In this document: piece after piece, positions 20,811-30,350 of the stretch
Layout: every line of letters starts with the position of its first letter
How positions within the stretch are numbered: the stretch's first letter is position 1
Source: Negativicutes bacterium
Lineage (GTDB): Bacteria; Bacillota; Negativicutes; UBA1444
DNA: 64,000 nt
Assembly: GCA_963665275.2 (NCBI GenBank)
Contig: CAXXIN010000019.1
Span: 96,001-160,000 of the forward strand
Direction: 5' to 3'
The notes under the pieces: generated by a model
What the model was told of the DNA's origin: nothing
The model's database searches: none
The model's input: the letters and a program-made list of their open reading frames with translations, nothing else
Translations under genes and position numbers: made by a program

Positions 20811-21608
20811 TCAGTCCAAAACAAACTTCTCGATGGCCACAGCCACTCCGTCTTCCGCGTTGGTCGCGGATATGAAATCAGCCGCCGCGCGGACCGTTGC
20901 GTTCGCATTGCCCATCGCCACGCCAACGCCGGCATATTCGATCATATCGACATCATTCATCGAATCGCCGATTGCCATGACCTCATGCTGTACGATTCCG
21001 AGCCTTCCAGCCAGAAAAGCCAGCGCCTCGCCTTTGTTCACTCGTGCGTCCACCATCTCCAGATAGCGTTTTTTCGACGATGCCAGATAAAGTTGATCCC
21101 CATACAACTGGGTTACCGCTGTCCGGATTTCCTTCAGTTCGTCCGTATCCCCCATACTGAGCAGTTTGGTCGGCGCCGCCGTCATCTGAAAAAACTCCAG
21201 CCCCTGCGGAATCGCTTCAACCCGGGCATAATCGGCATAAAATCGGGCGTTCTCGTCCAGATCGGCAACATAAAGCCGATCATCGACATATTTCTGCAAG
21301 TACCAGCCGCGCTCACGGAACAGATCCGCCAACCCCTGCGCCAGCCCCGTCTCGATGGGCCGGTGGAACAGAGTTTTACCGGAAGCTCCTTCCCTGATCA
21401 TCGCACCATTATAAACGATTAGAGGCAACTGTATCCCCAACTCCTTCGCATAAGGCAGCGCCGACTGAAACATCCGTCCTGTGGCGATCGTCACGGCCAC
21501 ACCCGCATCCATCGCCCGGCGGATCGCCTCCCGAGTCCTATCTGTAACCTGCTGCGTTTCGTTCAGCAGCGTATCATCCATATCCATCGCAATCAGTTTG
21601 ATCTTCAT
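20811..21608 (-). CDS. Cof-type HAD-IIB hydrolase
   Basis: DMDDTLL, ATGR, NKG, GDSMND..MI, MGNA, DGVA. Confidence 0.93.
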   Translation of the reverse strand: MKIKLIAMDMDDTLLNETQQVTDRTREAIRRAMDAGVAVTIATGRMFQSALPYAKELGIQLPLIVYNGAMIREGASGKTLFHRPIETGLAQGLADLFRERGWYLQKYVDDRLYVADLDENARFYADYARVEAIPQGLEFFQMTAAPTKLLSMGDTDELKEIRTAVTQLYGDQLYLASSKKRYLEMVDARVNKGEALAFLAGRLGIVQHEVMAIGDSMNDVDMIEYAGVGVAMGNANATVRAAADFISATNAEDGVAVAIEKFVLD

Positions 21609-21656
21609 ATACTCTCCCCGGTGACAGGCACCGATTCCTCTTCCAATTATGGGATT

Positions 21657-22172
21657 TTATTTCTTTTCAAGTCCGAGCAGTTCCTGCTTCAGCGTCAGTC
21701 CGCCGCCGAATCCGGTGAGACTGCCATCCGAACCCACGACCCGGTGACACGGGACAACGATGGGCGTCCGGTTCGCATGCATCGCGCCGCCTACAGCCCG
21801 CGCCGCCCCCGGCCGTCCTACCGCCGTTGCGATACCGCCATAGGTCGCCACCTGTCCCGACGGAATATCAGCCGTGAATTGCAGGGCTTTCAGGCGAAAC
21901 TCCGTATAGCCCGACCAGTCGATCGGTACTGTGAAAACAGTCGGTTCGCCGGAAAAATAGCGCTCCAGCTCCTGCAGCAAAGCCGCCTGCCATCCCTGCT
22001 GACGCTCGTCCAGCTGACCCTGCGCCGGATTGACTGTCGTTAGATGCCCGAGGGCTTCCTGCTCCGACGGATAGGGGAAGGTCAATTCATACAGTCCCTG
22101 CTCCGACCAGACAGAGGCCAAAATCCCGCGCCCAATATGCAGGAAAACCAATTTTTTCGTCATCTCACTCAC
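21657..22172 (-). CDS. ogt: Methylated-DNA-protein-cysteine methyltransferase
   Basis: ARAVG.A...N, VPCHRV active site, GFGGG...K..LL. Confidence 0.93.
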   Translation of the reverse strand: MSEMTKKLVFLHIGRGILASVWSEQGLYELTFPYPSEQEALGHLTTVNPAQGQLDERQQGWQAALLQELERYFSGEPTVFTVPIDWSGYTEFRLKALQFTADIPSGQVATYGGIATAVGRPGAARAVGGAMHANRTPIVVPCHRVVGSDGSLTGFGGGLTLKQELLGLEKK

Positions 22173-22963
22173 TCCTCCGGCAAATTGGCATTGGCGGCTT
22201 TCCAGGCTTCCTCCCGGATCAGCTCCAACACGTCCCTTTTGATATCAAGGAATTCATCAGACAGCTTCATATCATACGTCCGTTTCGCCGGCAGTTTGAC
22301 CTCGATCCGGGCCTTGATGCGCCCCGGCCTGGCTGTCATGACATAGATCGTATCACCGATGAACACAGCCTCTTCCACATCATGTGTCACGAACAGGATT
22401 GTCTTGTGCGACTCATCCCACACCGACAGCAGCAGCTCCTGCATTACCGAGCGGGTCTGGGCGTCGAGAGCGCCGAACGGCTCATCCATCAGCAGAACTT
22501 CCGGATCGTTAGCCAGTGCCCTTGCTATCGCGACCCGCTGTTTCATTCCGCCGGACAATTTGCGCGGATAAGCTTTTTCAAAACCCTTGAGACCGATTTT
22601 TTCAATATAGAACTTCACCGCATCCTGCTGATCCGATTTTGGCCGTCCTGCCACATCCAGCCCGAATGCGATGTTTTCTTCCACGCTCAGCCAGGGAAAC
22701 AGCGTGTACGCCTGAAACACCATGCCCCGGTCCTTGCCCGGCTGCCGGATCTCCTTGCCGTCCAATAGCACCCGGCCGCTTGACGCCTCTTCCAGCCCGG
22801 CGATGATCCGCAGGATAGTGGACTTGCCGCAGCCCGACGGTCCGAGAATCGTCACGAACTCACTTTCCGCCACACAGAAACTGGTGTTCGACAACGCCGT
22901 CACCGTGCCGTTTTTTTCACGAAATACCTTGGAAACATCCTCAATGCATAATTTATTCTCCAT
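22169..22963 (-). CDS. NitT/TauT-family ABC transporter ATP-binding protein
   Basis: GPSGCGKS, LFPWL, LSGGMKQR, DEPFGALDAQTR. Confidence 0.93.
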   Translation of the reverse strand: MENKLCIEDVSKVFREKNGTVTALSNTSFCVAESEFVTILGPSGCGKSTILRIIAGLEEASSGRVLLDGKEIRQPGKDRGMVFQAYTLFPWLSVEENIAFGLDVAGRPKSDQQDAVKFYIEKIGLKGFEKAYPRKLSGGMKQRVAIARALANDPEVLLMDEPFGALDAQTRSVMQELLLSVWDESHKTILFVTHDVEEAVFIGDTIYVMTARPGRIKARIEVKLPAKRTYDMKLSDEFLDIKRDVLELIREEAWKAANANLPEE

Positions 22964-23766
22964 CAGGCCGCCCCTCCTTTTCCCATCCAAGGATACAGCC
23001 TCTTATACAGCCACTTGAAGACCAAATCAATGAGGATGCCGATCACGCCGATCACGAGAATGCCGACGATGATATTCGCTGTTTTCAGAAACCGCTGGGA
23101 CTGCATGATCATGTACCCCAGTCCGGAGCTGGCTGCGATGATCTCCGCCACCACCAGATACGTCCAGGCCCAACCAAAGGTAATCCGCAGGGTATCCATG
23201 ATTCCCGGCATGCTGGCAGGCAGAATGATGCGCCAGAATACGCTCCGCTTGGAAACACCCAAGGTATAGGACGTGTCGATCAGTTCCTGCGACACGTTTT
23301 TGGTCACATCCATTACCATCAGGGTCATCTGAAAAAAGGTGCCAAAGAAAATCACGGCCACTTTCTCGATTTCGCCGATTCCCAGCCAGAGAATAAACAG
23401 CGGTATGAACGCCGACGCAGGCATATAGCGGATAAAGCCGAGAAACGGCTCAAAGAACGCTTCGAAAACTTTCAGACTGCCCATCAGAACTCCTAGCGGG
23501 ACCCCAACCACGGCTGCCACCAAAAATCCTGCAGTAACGCGCAGTACGCTGGCGGTAATGTCTTTCATCAGATCAAATTCGGTAAAAAGCGAAATAGCGC
23601 CTGTGACGATGGCGTCCGGCGCAGGCAAAAAGAGCGGCGGCACCCAGCCGCTATAAGTGATCAGGGCCCATACCAGCAAGAGCAGCACAAAAGCGAGCCC
23701 TGCCAAAGATCCGTACAGGGATCGGGAAATCTCCGCCTTGGGAGTGGCCCATTTGCTTGTGGCCAA
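22963..23766 (-). CDS. NitT/TauT-family ABC transporter permease
   Basis: Multiple TM segments, EAA-like loop, WTYLVVAE...GLG. Confidence 0.92.
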   Translation of the reverse strand: MATSKWATPKAEISRSLYGSLAGLAFVLLLLVWALITYSGWVPPLFLPAPDAIVTGAISLFTEFDLMKDITASVLRVTAGFLVAAVVGVPLGVLMGSLKVFEAFFEPFLGFIRYMPASAFIPLFILWLGIGEIEKVAVIFFGTFFQMTLMVMDVTKNVSQELIDTSYTLGVSKRSVFWRIILPASMPGIMDTLRITFGWAWTYLVVAEIIAASSGLGYMIMQSQRFLKTANIIVGILVIGVIGILIDLVFKWLYKRLYPWMGKGGAA

Positions 23767-23793
23767 ATCAAATCACCATCCAAAAAAAAATAT

Positions 23794-23836
23794 CGGGGCT
23801 GTGAAAACGGCATCAGACGCCTTTTCCACAGCCCCG
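23794..23836. repeat. Intergenic hairpin between the binding-protein and permease genes (mRNA-stabilising or terminator-like)
   Basis: CGGGGCTGTGAAAACGGC...GCCTTTTCCACAGCCCCG with a T-run on the minus strand. Confidence 0.6.
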
Positions 23837-23854
23837 CCGCTGTCTTCTACCGTC

Positions 23855-24874
23855 TTATTTTATCTTGGTAATGAAAGAACTGTCAATGACATTGGTAACA
23901 TCGGGCACTTTGGTGAGGATTTTTTGTCCGACATAGAATTCGCCGGCGATTTTGGCGACTTCAAAGAGAGCGCCCGGTTTTTCTTTGGTGCCGAACAAGG
24001 CAAGATTGTCCTTCAAATTGTAAAATTGGATCGTCTTGTTCCCTTCCAGGGTTTCTTCCGGCTTTTCCTTTAATTCGCCCGCCATGATTTTTGCGGCTTC
24101 AGCCGGGTTTTTCTGGATGAAGTCGGTTGCTTCGGACAACGCGGCGACAATTTTTTGCACTGCATCCGGATTGGCCTTTACGAAATCTTCATGCAAAGCC
24201 AGCACGTCGGCGATCAGCGCCGGTGTATCCTTGGTGGTGGAAAGGATGATATTGCCGGCAGCAGCCGCTTTGGTGATATGCGGTTCCCAGGTCACGGCAG
24301 CGGGAACTTTGCCAGCCATCAACGCGCTGGCGGCTTCACTGGCCTTCATTTCGACAGCTTTGACATCCTCATCCTTCATCCCGTTCTTTTTCAGCAGGGT
24401 GGAAAGGTAGAGGTGGGAAGCGGAACCTTTGTTGAAGGCAATTTCTTTGCCTTTCAGGTCGGCGATCGTTTTGATTCCGCTGGCCTTGGTCACGAGGATC
24501 CCGTCAGCGCCTGCCGAAGCGTCAAACGCCCAGACGAGCTTGAGGGGAACGCCCTGTCCCAGCGCCGCAACGGATACGTCGACGGAAGCGGCCATACCCT
24601 GGATTTTTTTTGCAACAATGGACTGTTTGCGTACGCCTACGTCTTCGATGGACTGGATTTGAACATCCAGGCCGCGGGATTTGAACATGCCTTTTTGTGA
24701 GGCGACAAAGAGAGCGCCATAGCCATTCCATGGAGTATAAGCGATGATGATGGGCTCAGACTTGGCAGCCGGAGCAGGCTGCGCAGCAGGCTTGGCGGGT
24801 TCGCTCTTGCCGCAGCCGGCGGCAAAAGTCACCAACAAGAGAGTAACGAGCAGGAGTGCGAGTGATTTTTTCAT
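23855..24874 (-). CDS. ABC transporter substrate-binding lipoprotein (SsuA/THI5-like)
   Basis: Lipobox AAGC; W.GY, GADGI, I.DLKGK, AAVTWEP. Confidence 0.9.
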   Translation of the reverse strand: MKKSLALLLVTLLLVTFAAGCGKSEPAKPAAQPAPAAKSEPIIIAYTPWNGYGALFVASQKGMFKSRGLDVQIQSIEDVGVRKQSIVAKKIQGMAASVDVSVAALGQGVPLKLVWAFDASAGADGILVTKASGIKTIADLKGKEIAFNKGSASHLYLSTLLKKNGMKDEDVKAVEMKASEAASALMAGKVPAAVTWEPHITKAAAAGNIILSTTKDTPALIADVLALHEDFVKANPDAVQKIVAALSEATDFIQKNPAEAAKIMAGELKEKPEETLEGNKTIQFYNLKDNLALFGTKEKPGALFEVAKIAGEFYVGQKILTKVPDVTNVIDSSFITKIK

Positions 24875-24918
24875 GTTCTCACCTTTTCTTTCTTTATTGT
24901 ACTAAAGCACAGAAATAT

Positions 24919-24947
24919 ATATTCTACGTGGACGGCGAATTTCCTGC
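24919..24947 (-). promoter_or_regulatory. Sigma-H-like promoter of the ABC operon
   Basis: GCAGGAAAT-N11-GTAGAATAT matches RNAGGAWWW-N11/12-RNNGAATWW. Confidence 0.6.
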
Positions 24948-24989
24948 TGGAGAAAATTTGAATCAGATAGATTTTATTTTGCGCTTTTA

Positions 24990-26105
24990 TTATTTAACAC
25001 ATTTTTTCAGCACGTCGACGAGCGCCTGATTCTGCTGGTGCGTGCCGAGCGAAATTCTCAAATAGGTCGGGTAGCCCCAGCCGGTCGCGCCCCGGATAAT
25101 AATGCCGGCAGCGCGGGCTGCATTGATCAGTGATTCCGTTTCCCTTCCCGTATCGACAAACACGAAATTGGTCTGGGAAGGAAAGACCCGCCAGCCCAAT
25201 TCCGTCAGTTGCTCTGTAATCCAATTCCGCTCCGCCGCATTCTTCGCTGCCGCCATCCCGACGAACTCCGCGTCGTCGAGTGCGGCGATTGCGCCGAACT
25301 GGGCCAGCGTATTCACATTGAACAATGGACGTACCCGCTGAATGAGACAGGTAACATCCGGATGGGCAATGCCGTAGCCAACGCGCATACCGGCAAGTCC
25401 GTAAATCTTGGAGAACGTGCGGATCGTCACCACATTGGGAAATTCCTTCTGCAGATCCAGACTGGACATAAAGGACGGATCCTCGACGAAATCGATATAG
25501 GCTTCATCCAATCCAACCAGAATGTGGGGGGGAACCGCAGTCAGGAACCGGTGCAGTTCAGCGCCGCCGACCGAAACGCCCGTGGGATTGTTCGGGTTGC
25601 AGAGAAAGATTATTCTCGTCCGGGACGTCACCGCCCCCAGCATTGCATCGAGGTCAACCTTCAGATCATCGGCGCGTACCGGCACCTTCACCGGCCGTCC
25701 GTCCATGATCGTGGTGGCATTGGCATACTGGCCAAATGTCGGCCACGGCATTACCACTTCATCCCCTGGCGACACAAATGCGTTGACCAAGAGAGCAATG
25801 GCTTCATCGCCGCCATTACCGATATATACGCTTTCCAGGGTCACGCCATAACGATCGGCGATCTTCTGCCGCAGCTCTTTCGCTTCCATATCATGGTACA
25901 GATGCACCTGACAGGCAGCCTGACGCATGGCGGTCACCGCCTTGGGCGACGGCCCATAGGGGCTCTCATTGAAAGAAAGTTTAGCGACTGATTCCCGCTC
26001 CAGCAGGCGGCACAGCTCGGCTGGCGTATGATCCGGCCAACTAGGAGCATAGGGTTTGATACTTTCGATGACCGGGCGCGGCGTTGTTTTCTTCTGTTGC
26101 ATCAC
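24990..26105 (-). CDS. hisC: Histidinol-phosphate aminotransferase family (class II PLP)
   Basis: KLS.NE.P.GPSP, GNGGDE, CNPNNPTG, DEAY, RTFSKIYGLAG.RVGY. Confidence 0.85.
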   Translation of the reverse strand: MMQQKKTTPRPVIESIKPYAPSWPDHTPAELCRLLERESVAKLSFNESPYGPSPKAVTAMRQAACQVHLYHDMEAKELRQKIADRYGVTLESVYIGNGGDEAIALLVNAFVSPGDEVVMPWPTFGQYANATTIMDGRPVKVPVRADDLKVDLDAMLGAVTSRTRIIFLCNPNNPTGVSVGGAELHRFLTAVPPHILVGLDEAYIDFVEDPSFMSSLDLQKEFPNVVTIRTFSKIYGLAGMRVGYGIAHPDVTCLIQRVRPLFNVNTLAQFGAIAALDDAEFVGMAAAKNAAERNWITEQLTELGWRVFPSQTNFVFVDTGRETESLINAARAAGIIIRGATGWGYPTYLRISLGTHQQNQALVDVLKKCVK

Positions 26106-26204
26106 AAATCTCCTGCCTGTTTGAATTTATTCTCTATAATCAGCAATGGCTAAATTTTATCATAGATCGGCCGTGCAACCAACTGCCTTGGCCTTTCAAG
26201 CAAT

Positions 26205-26254
26205 AAGAAACGAGGACTGCGGACAACTTTTACAAGTTCGCCCTCAGCCCTCGT
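26205..26254 (-). terminator. Probable terminator after rubredoxin
   Basis: ACGAGGACTG...CAGCCCTCGT imperfect long hairpin, followed by TTTCTT on the minus strand. Confidence 0.55.
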
Positions 26255-26264
26255 AGGGTGGATA

Positions 26265-26423
26265 TTATTCGGCGTTGAATTGATCCTTGTTTACGCCGCA
26301 GACCGGGCAGACCCAGTCCTCAGAGACATTCTCCCAGGCGGTACCGGGTGCTACGCCATGATCGGGGTCTCCCTCTGCCGGATCGTAAACATAACCGCAT
26401 ACTGAACAAACATACTTTTGCAT
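26265..26423 (-). CDS. Rubredoxin
   Basis: [15 protein letters not shown]...GT.W......W.CPVCG. Confidence 0.97.
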   Translation of the reverse strand: MQKYVCSVCGYVYDPAEGDPDHGVAPGTAWENVSEDWVCPVCGVNKDQFNAE

Positions 26424-26486
26424 TCTAAATTTCTCCTTCCTTTTATAGCATGACATTCTGCCATTGCCTTTATGAGCAGGCTTTTC

Positions 26487-27242
26487 CTAACGGTTGGCGC
26501 CCCCGCCGCCGCCGGATCCACCGCCGAAACCACCACCGCTACCGCTGCCGCCACCTCCTCCACGCCCGGAGAAAGCCAACGCCAAGAGCAACTGGGTAAA
26601 GAATCCGCCCAAGACAAACCAGTCAAACAGTAGGAACAGAATAATGCCGACACCGATCAGCAGTTGCTGCCAAACAGGGATATCAGCCGCTGCACCGCTG
26701 TTCTTCGGACTGGTCCGGGTTGTCGTTTTGATTTGCTGCTTGTATTCAGCGGCAACTTCCTGCAACACCGCTATGTAAGTGTTTCTCACCGCGGTATTGT
26801 AATCGCCTGTTTCCATTCCGGGGCGCATAAATTCATCCATGATTCGGCCAACCTTGGCGTCAGGCAGCGCCCCTTCCAGTCCATAGCCGATTTCAATACG
26901 CGCTTTCTTCTCAGTTACCGCAACCAGGATCAGTACGCCATTATTGAGTTTACGGTCGCCGATACCCCACTTGCGGAACAGCGCCAGACTATATTCTTCA
27001 ATCGGCTCCCCTTCGAGAGATGGAATCGTCACCACGGCAATCTGCGCTTGGGTGCGCGACCTTAGCTCAGTGCTGAGCCGGTTGATCTGGCTTTCCGTTT
27101 CGCGCGACAAAACGTCGCCATAATCCTGGGCATAAATATCCCGGGTCGGAACGGGCGGAATTTTGGGTGCAGCCAGGGCCGGCACGGCGAGAAGCAGCAC
27201 GCAGCCGACAATGGCAAGCCACGCCGCTATGCGTTTAAACAA
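26487..27242 (-). CDS. TPM-domain membrane protein (YgcG-like)
   Basis: Q.AVVTI.SL, WGIG....NNGVL, RIE.GYGLEG..PD, Gly-rich tail FGGG.GGGGGA. Confidence 0.93.
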   Translation of the reverse strand: MFKRIAAWLAIVGCVLLLAVPALAAPKIPPVPTRDIYAQDYGDVLSRETESQINRLSTELRSRTQAQIAVVTIPSLEGEPIEEYSLALFRKWGIGDRKLNNGVLILVAVTEKKARIEIGYGLEGALPDAKVGRIMDEFMRPGMETGDYNTAVRNTYIAVLQEVAAEYKQQIKTTTRTSPKNSGAAADIPVWQQLLIGVGIILFLLFDWFVLGGFFTQLLLALAFSGRGGGGGSGSGGGFGGGSGGGGGANR

Positions 27243-27287
27243 GCTTCCTCAGCCTCCTTCCGACTTTTGAGCCGTAGCGGCGCAAAA

Positions 27288-27854
27288 TCAGAATTTGACC
27301 GCCGGAACCTGTTTGGCGCCTTCTTCAGCGCGGAAATATTCCTTCGACGAGAAGCCGAACATACCGGCGATGATGCTCGTGGGGAAAGTTTTGATCCGTG
27401 TGTTGAAGGACTGGACCGCCAGGTTGTAGTCCCGGCGCGCGACTGCGATCCGGTTCTCCGTGCCGGCCAGTTCGTCCATCAGGCCCTGAAAAGTTTTGTC
27501 GGATTTCAACTGGGGATAGTTCTCGACCACCACCAGCAAGCGGGAAAGCGCTCCGCTAAGTTCGTTATTGGCTTCGCCCCTTGCGGCCGGTCCCTGTGCT
27601 CCGGCCAGTTTGGCCCGTGCATTGGTCACTGAGTCAATAACGCTTTTCTCCTGAGCGGCAAAGCCTTTCACGGTATTCACCAGGTTGGGGATCAGATCCG
27701 CCCGGCGCTGCAGCATGGTATCGATCTGGCTCCATTGGCCGTTCACCTTTTCCTGTTCCGCCACCAGGCCATTATAGGAGGACATCAACGTCAGGCCGAA
27801 CACCCCGACGATGGCTACAATTGCAATTAAAGCAATGGTTGATTTACTCATCAT
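27288..27854 (-). CDS. lemA: LemA family protein
   Basis: QRRADLIPNLV.TVKG, E.YP.LKS, ENRI..AR..YN. Confidence 0.96.
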   Translation of the reverse strand: MMSKSTIALIAIVAIVGVFGLTLMSSYNGLVAEQEKVNGQWSQIDTMLQRRADLIPNLVNTVKGFAAQEKSVIDSVTNARAKLAGAQGPAARGEANNELSGALSRLLVVVENYPQLKSDKTFQGLMDELAGTENRIAVARRDYNLAVQSFNTRIKTFPTSIIAGMFGFSSKEYFRAEEGAKQVPAVKF

Positions 27855-27883
27855 TACATCCCTTTCCTTACACTATAAAATAT

Positions 27884-28453
27884 TTAATCAGCAACAATTC
27901 TGTGGATCACAAACGAGAGAACAAACAGGATTCCCACGAGTCGATGCACGTACCTCAGTTTGGTCATCTTGGGCATCCAACGGACGTAGAGTCCCGAAGC
28001 GGCAACCACCAGCATCAGAGCGGCAGCCATCAGTCCAGTCTCGACGGCGAAGCTGAAATTACCGGCGGCCCAGATCCACCACATAACATACCCATGCAGC
28101 AAAACAACCGAAAACACCACAACTCCGAGCAGGGGATGACCGAGACGCAGCACCGTGATCCAATATTTCACGCCAGAATCCACGCGCGCCGGAATCGGAA
28201 TCTGCATCTTGCGCACCATCACGAAGGAATCTCTCACGCCGTAGTACAAAGTCGCGACAAACCCGAGCAGGAAAGCGGCTTTTCCTATGCTCTCCCCCAA
28301 TTTGCCGATGCGTTCGAACGGAACAAGGGCTTCAATCCAGTGCGACAATTGGTCGCTGAGAATCATCGCGACGACCGCCAGTATCAGGATGGAGGCAAAA
28401 ACATGAAATTTTTGGTGTGCATTTTTTGCCAGGTTTTCCAACCAGAGCGCCAT
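27884..28453 (-). CDS. Membrane protein with four His in TM segments (cytochrome-b / ferric-reductase-like)
   Basis: About 5-6 hydrophobic segments; LRLGHP...LLHG and YVHR...VIHR His pairs. Confidence 0.55.
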   Translation of the reverse strand: MALWLENLAKNAHQKFHVFASILILAVVAMILSDQLSHWIEALVPFERIGKLGESIGKAAFLLGFVATLYYGVRDSFVMVRKMQIPIPARVDSGVKYWITVLRLGHPLLGVVVFSVVLLHGYVMWWIWAAGNFSFAVETGLMAAALMLVVAASGLYVRWMPKMTKLRYVHRLVGILFVLSFVIHRIVAD

Positions 28454-28514
28454 ATTTCTACCCCCGTACTTTCTATTGTACCCAATTTTTAGGGTTTTGA
28501 CCAGCAATAGCGTC

Positions 28515-30350
28515 TCAGGCGCCTTCCGGACGGAAGAAGCGGAATACCGCCTGCGCTGCTGGCAGATTCATTCCCGGCGCCGCCGTCAGTTCTTCCACCG
28601 AAGCATTGCGAATCCGCTCGATTGTATTGAAATGCTTCCACAGCGCCTGTCGTCGTTTGGCGCCGATGCCCCGTACATGGTCCAGCACCGAGACCAGATT
28701 GCGCTTGGACCGCAATTTGCGGTGATAGCTTACCGCGAAGCGATGCGCCTCATCCCTGATCTGCTGCACCAGTCGCAGCGCCTCCGAGTGGCGTGGCAAC
28801 ACCAGCGGTTCGCTGATATTTTCACGAAAAATCTGCTCAAATTCTTTGGCCAGACCGATCACCGGAATATCTGCCAAGCCTACGCCGCGAATGACTTCAA
28901 GCGCCGAGGAAAGCTGTCCCTTGCCGCCATCGATGACGATGAGATCAGGCAGTGGCTCCTTTGCTTCGCGATAGCGTCGTAGCGTGACCTCCTGCATAGA
29001 GGCGAAATCATCCGGACTGCCTTCGACGGTTTTTAATTTGAAGTGCCGGTATTCGGATTTATCCGGCTCGCCGCCGGTGAAAACCACCATGGACGCGACT
29101 GTTTCCGCGCCTTGAATGTGGGATATATCGAAGCATTCAATGCGCTCGGGCAACGTAGCCAGCCCCAGCCTCTCCGCCAGCTCCTGCACTGCCGCCGAAC
29201 GCTTGCCGGCCAGTCCGGCTTCGCGTTCGGACCGCTGGCGTAGCGCTTCCGCCGCATTATCGCCGGCCAGCTGGACGAGTTCCCGCTTCGTTCCCCGTTG
29301 CGGCGTCAGCAGATGTACTGCCGCCGCCTTGCGCTCGCTCAGCCACGCGCTCAGCAGCTCTGTTTCCGGCAGCGTCGCCGGCGTCAAAATTTCTCGGGGA
29401 ATAAAGGAAGACTCGTTGTAATACAGCTTCACGAAAGCAGCCAAAACTTCGCCGTCCGACTCGGCCTCGCCGCCTGACAGCAGGAAGCGGTCCCGTCCAA
29501 TCATTTTGCCGCTGCGCACAAAAAAAACCTGCACGCAGGACTGCCCGCCGGATCGCGCCAGACCGAGCACATCCTGGTCACCGGCGCCGGTTACGATGTT
29601 CTGTTTTTCTACCACCTGCCGCACCGCCGCCAGCTGGTCGCGCAGACGTCCTGCCAGCTCGAACTTCATCTCATCGGCGGCGGCCAGCATCCGCCGTTTC
29701 AAATCTTTTTCCACGTCGGCCGACCTTCCCTCCAGGAACAGGCAGACGGTTTTCACCATTTCCCGATAAGTAACGGCGTCGATGAGTCCTGCGCAGGGAG
29801 CCATGCAGCGGTTGATATGGAATTCCAGGCAAGGGCGGCGCGACTCCATCGTGCGGCAGCTGCGCAGCGGAAACAGACGCCTCAGCAGCGCCAGCGTCTC
29901 ATGCATCGCGCCGGCGCTGGCATAGGGTCCATAATACTTCGCCCCATCCTTTTCCACTCGCCGGGTGGCATATACGCGCGGGAATTCCTCGTTCAAGGTC
30001 ACCTTGACGAACGGATAGCTCTTGTCATCGCGCAGACTGATATTGTAACGGGGCCGGTGTTTCTTGATCAGATTGCATTCAAGAATCAGGGCTTCCATTT
30101 CGGTCGCCGTAACGATGGTCTCGAATTGAGTAATCCGGGCCACCAACGCCTCGGTCTTCGGACTCAGGCCGCGCAGCTGAAAATAGGAACGCACCCGATT
30201 CTTGAGATTGACGGCTTTGCCCACATAAATGATCTTGCCTGCTGCATCCCGCATCAGGTATACGCCGGGCTTGTCCGGCAACAAAGCCACCTGGGCCGTC
30301 AGTTCCTCCCGGTGTTCATTGCCCGGGCCGCTTTTTTCATCGATGCTCAT
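28515..30350 (-). CDS. uvrC: Excinuclease ABC subunit C
   Basis: [40 protein letters not shown]. Confidence 0.98.
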   Translation of the reverse strand: MSIDEKSGPGNEHREELTAQVALLPDKPGVYLMRDAAGKIIYVGKAVNLKNRVRSYFQLRGLSPKTEALVARITQFETIVTATEMEALILECNLIKKHRPRYNISLRDDKSYPFVKVTLNEEFPRVYATRRVEKDGAKYYGPYASAGAMHETLALLRRLFPLRSCRTMESRRPCLEFHINRCMAPCAGLIDAVTYREMVKTVCLFLEGRSADVEKDLKRRMLAAADEMKFELAGRLRDQLAAVRQVVEKQNIVTGAGDQDVLGLARSGGQSCVQVFFVRSGKMIGRDRFLLSGGEAESDGEVLAAFVKLYYNESSFIPREILTPATLPETELLSAWLSERKAAAVHLLTPQRGTKRELVQLAGDNAAEALRQRSEREAGLAGKRSAAVQELAERLGLATLPERIECFDISHIQGAETVASMVVFTGGEPDKSEYRHFKLKTVEGSPDDFASMQEVTLRRYREAKEPLPDLIVIDGGKGQLSSALEVIRGVGLADIPVIGLAKEFEQIFRENISEPLVLPRHSEALRLVQQIRDEAHRFAVSYHRKLRSKRNLVSVLDHVRGIGAKRRQALWKHFNTIERIRNASVEELTAAPGMNLPAAQAVFRFFRPEGA

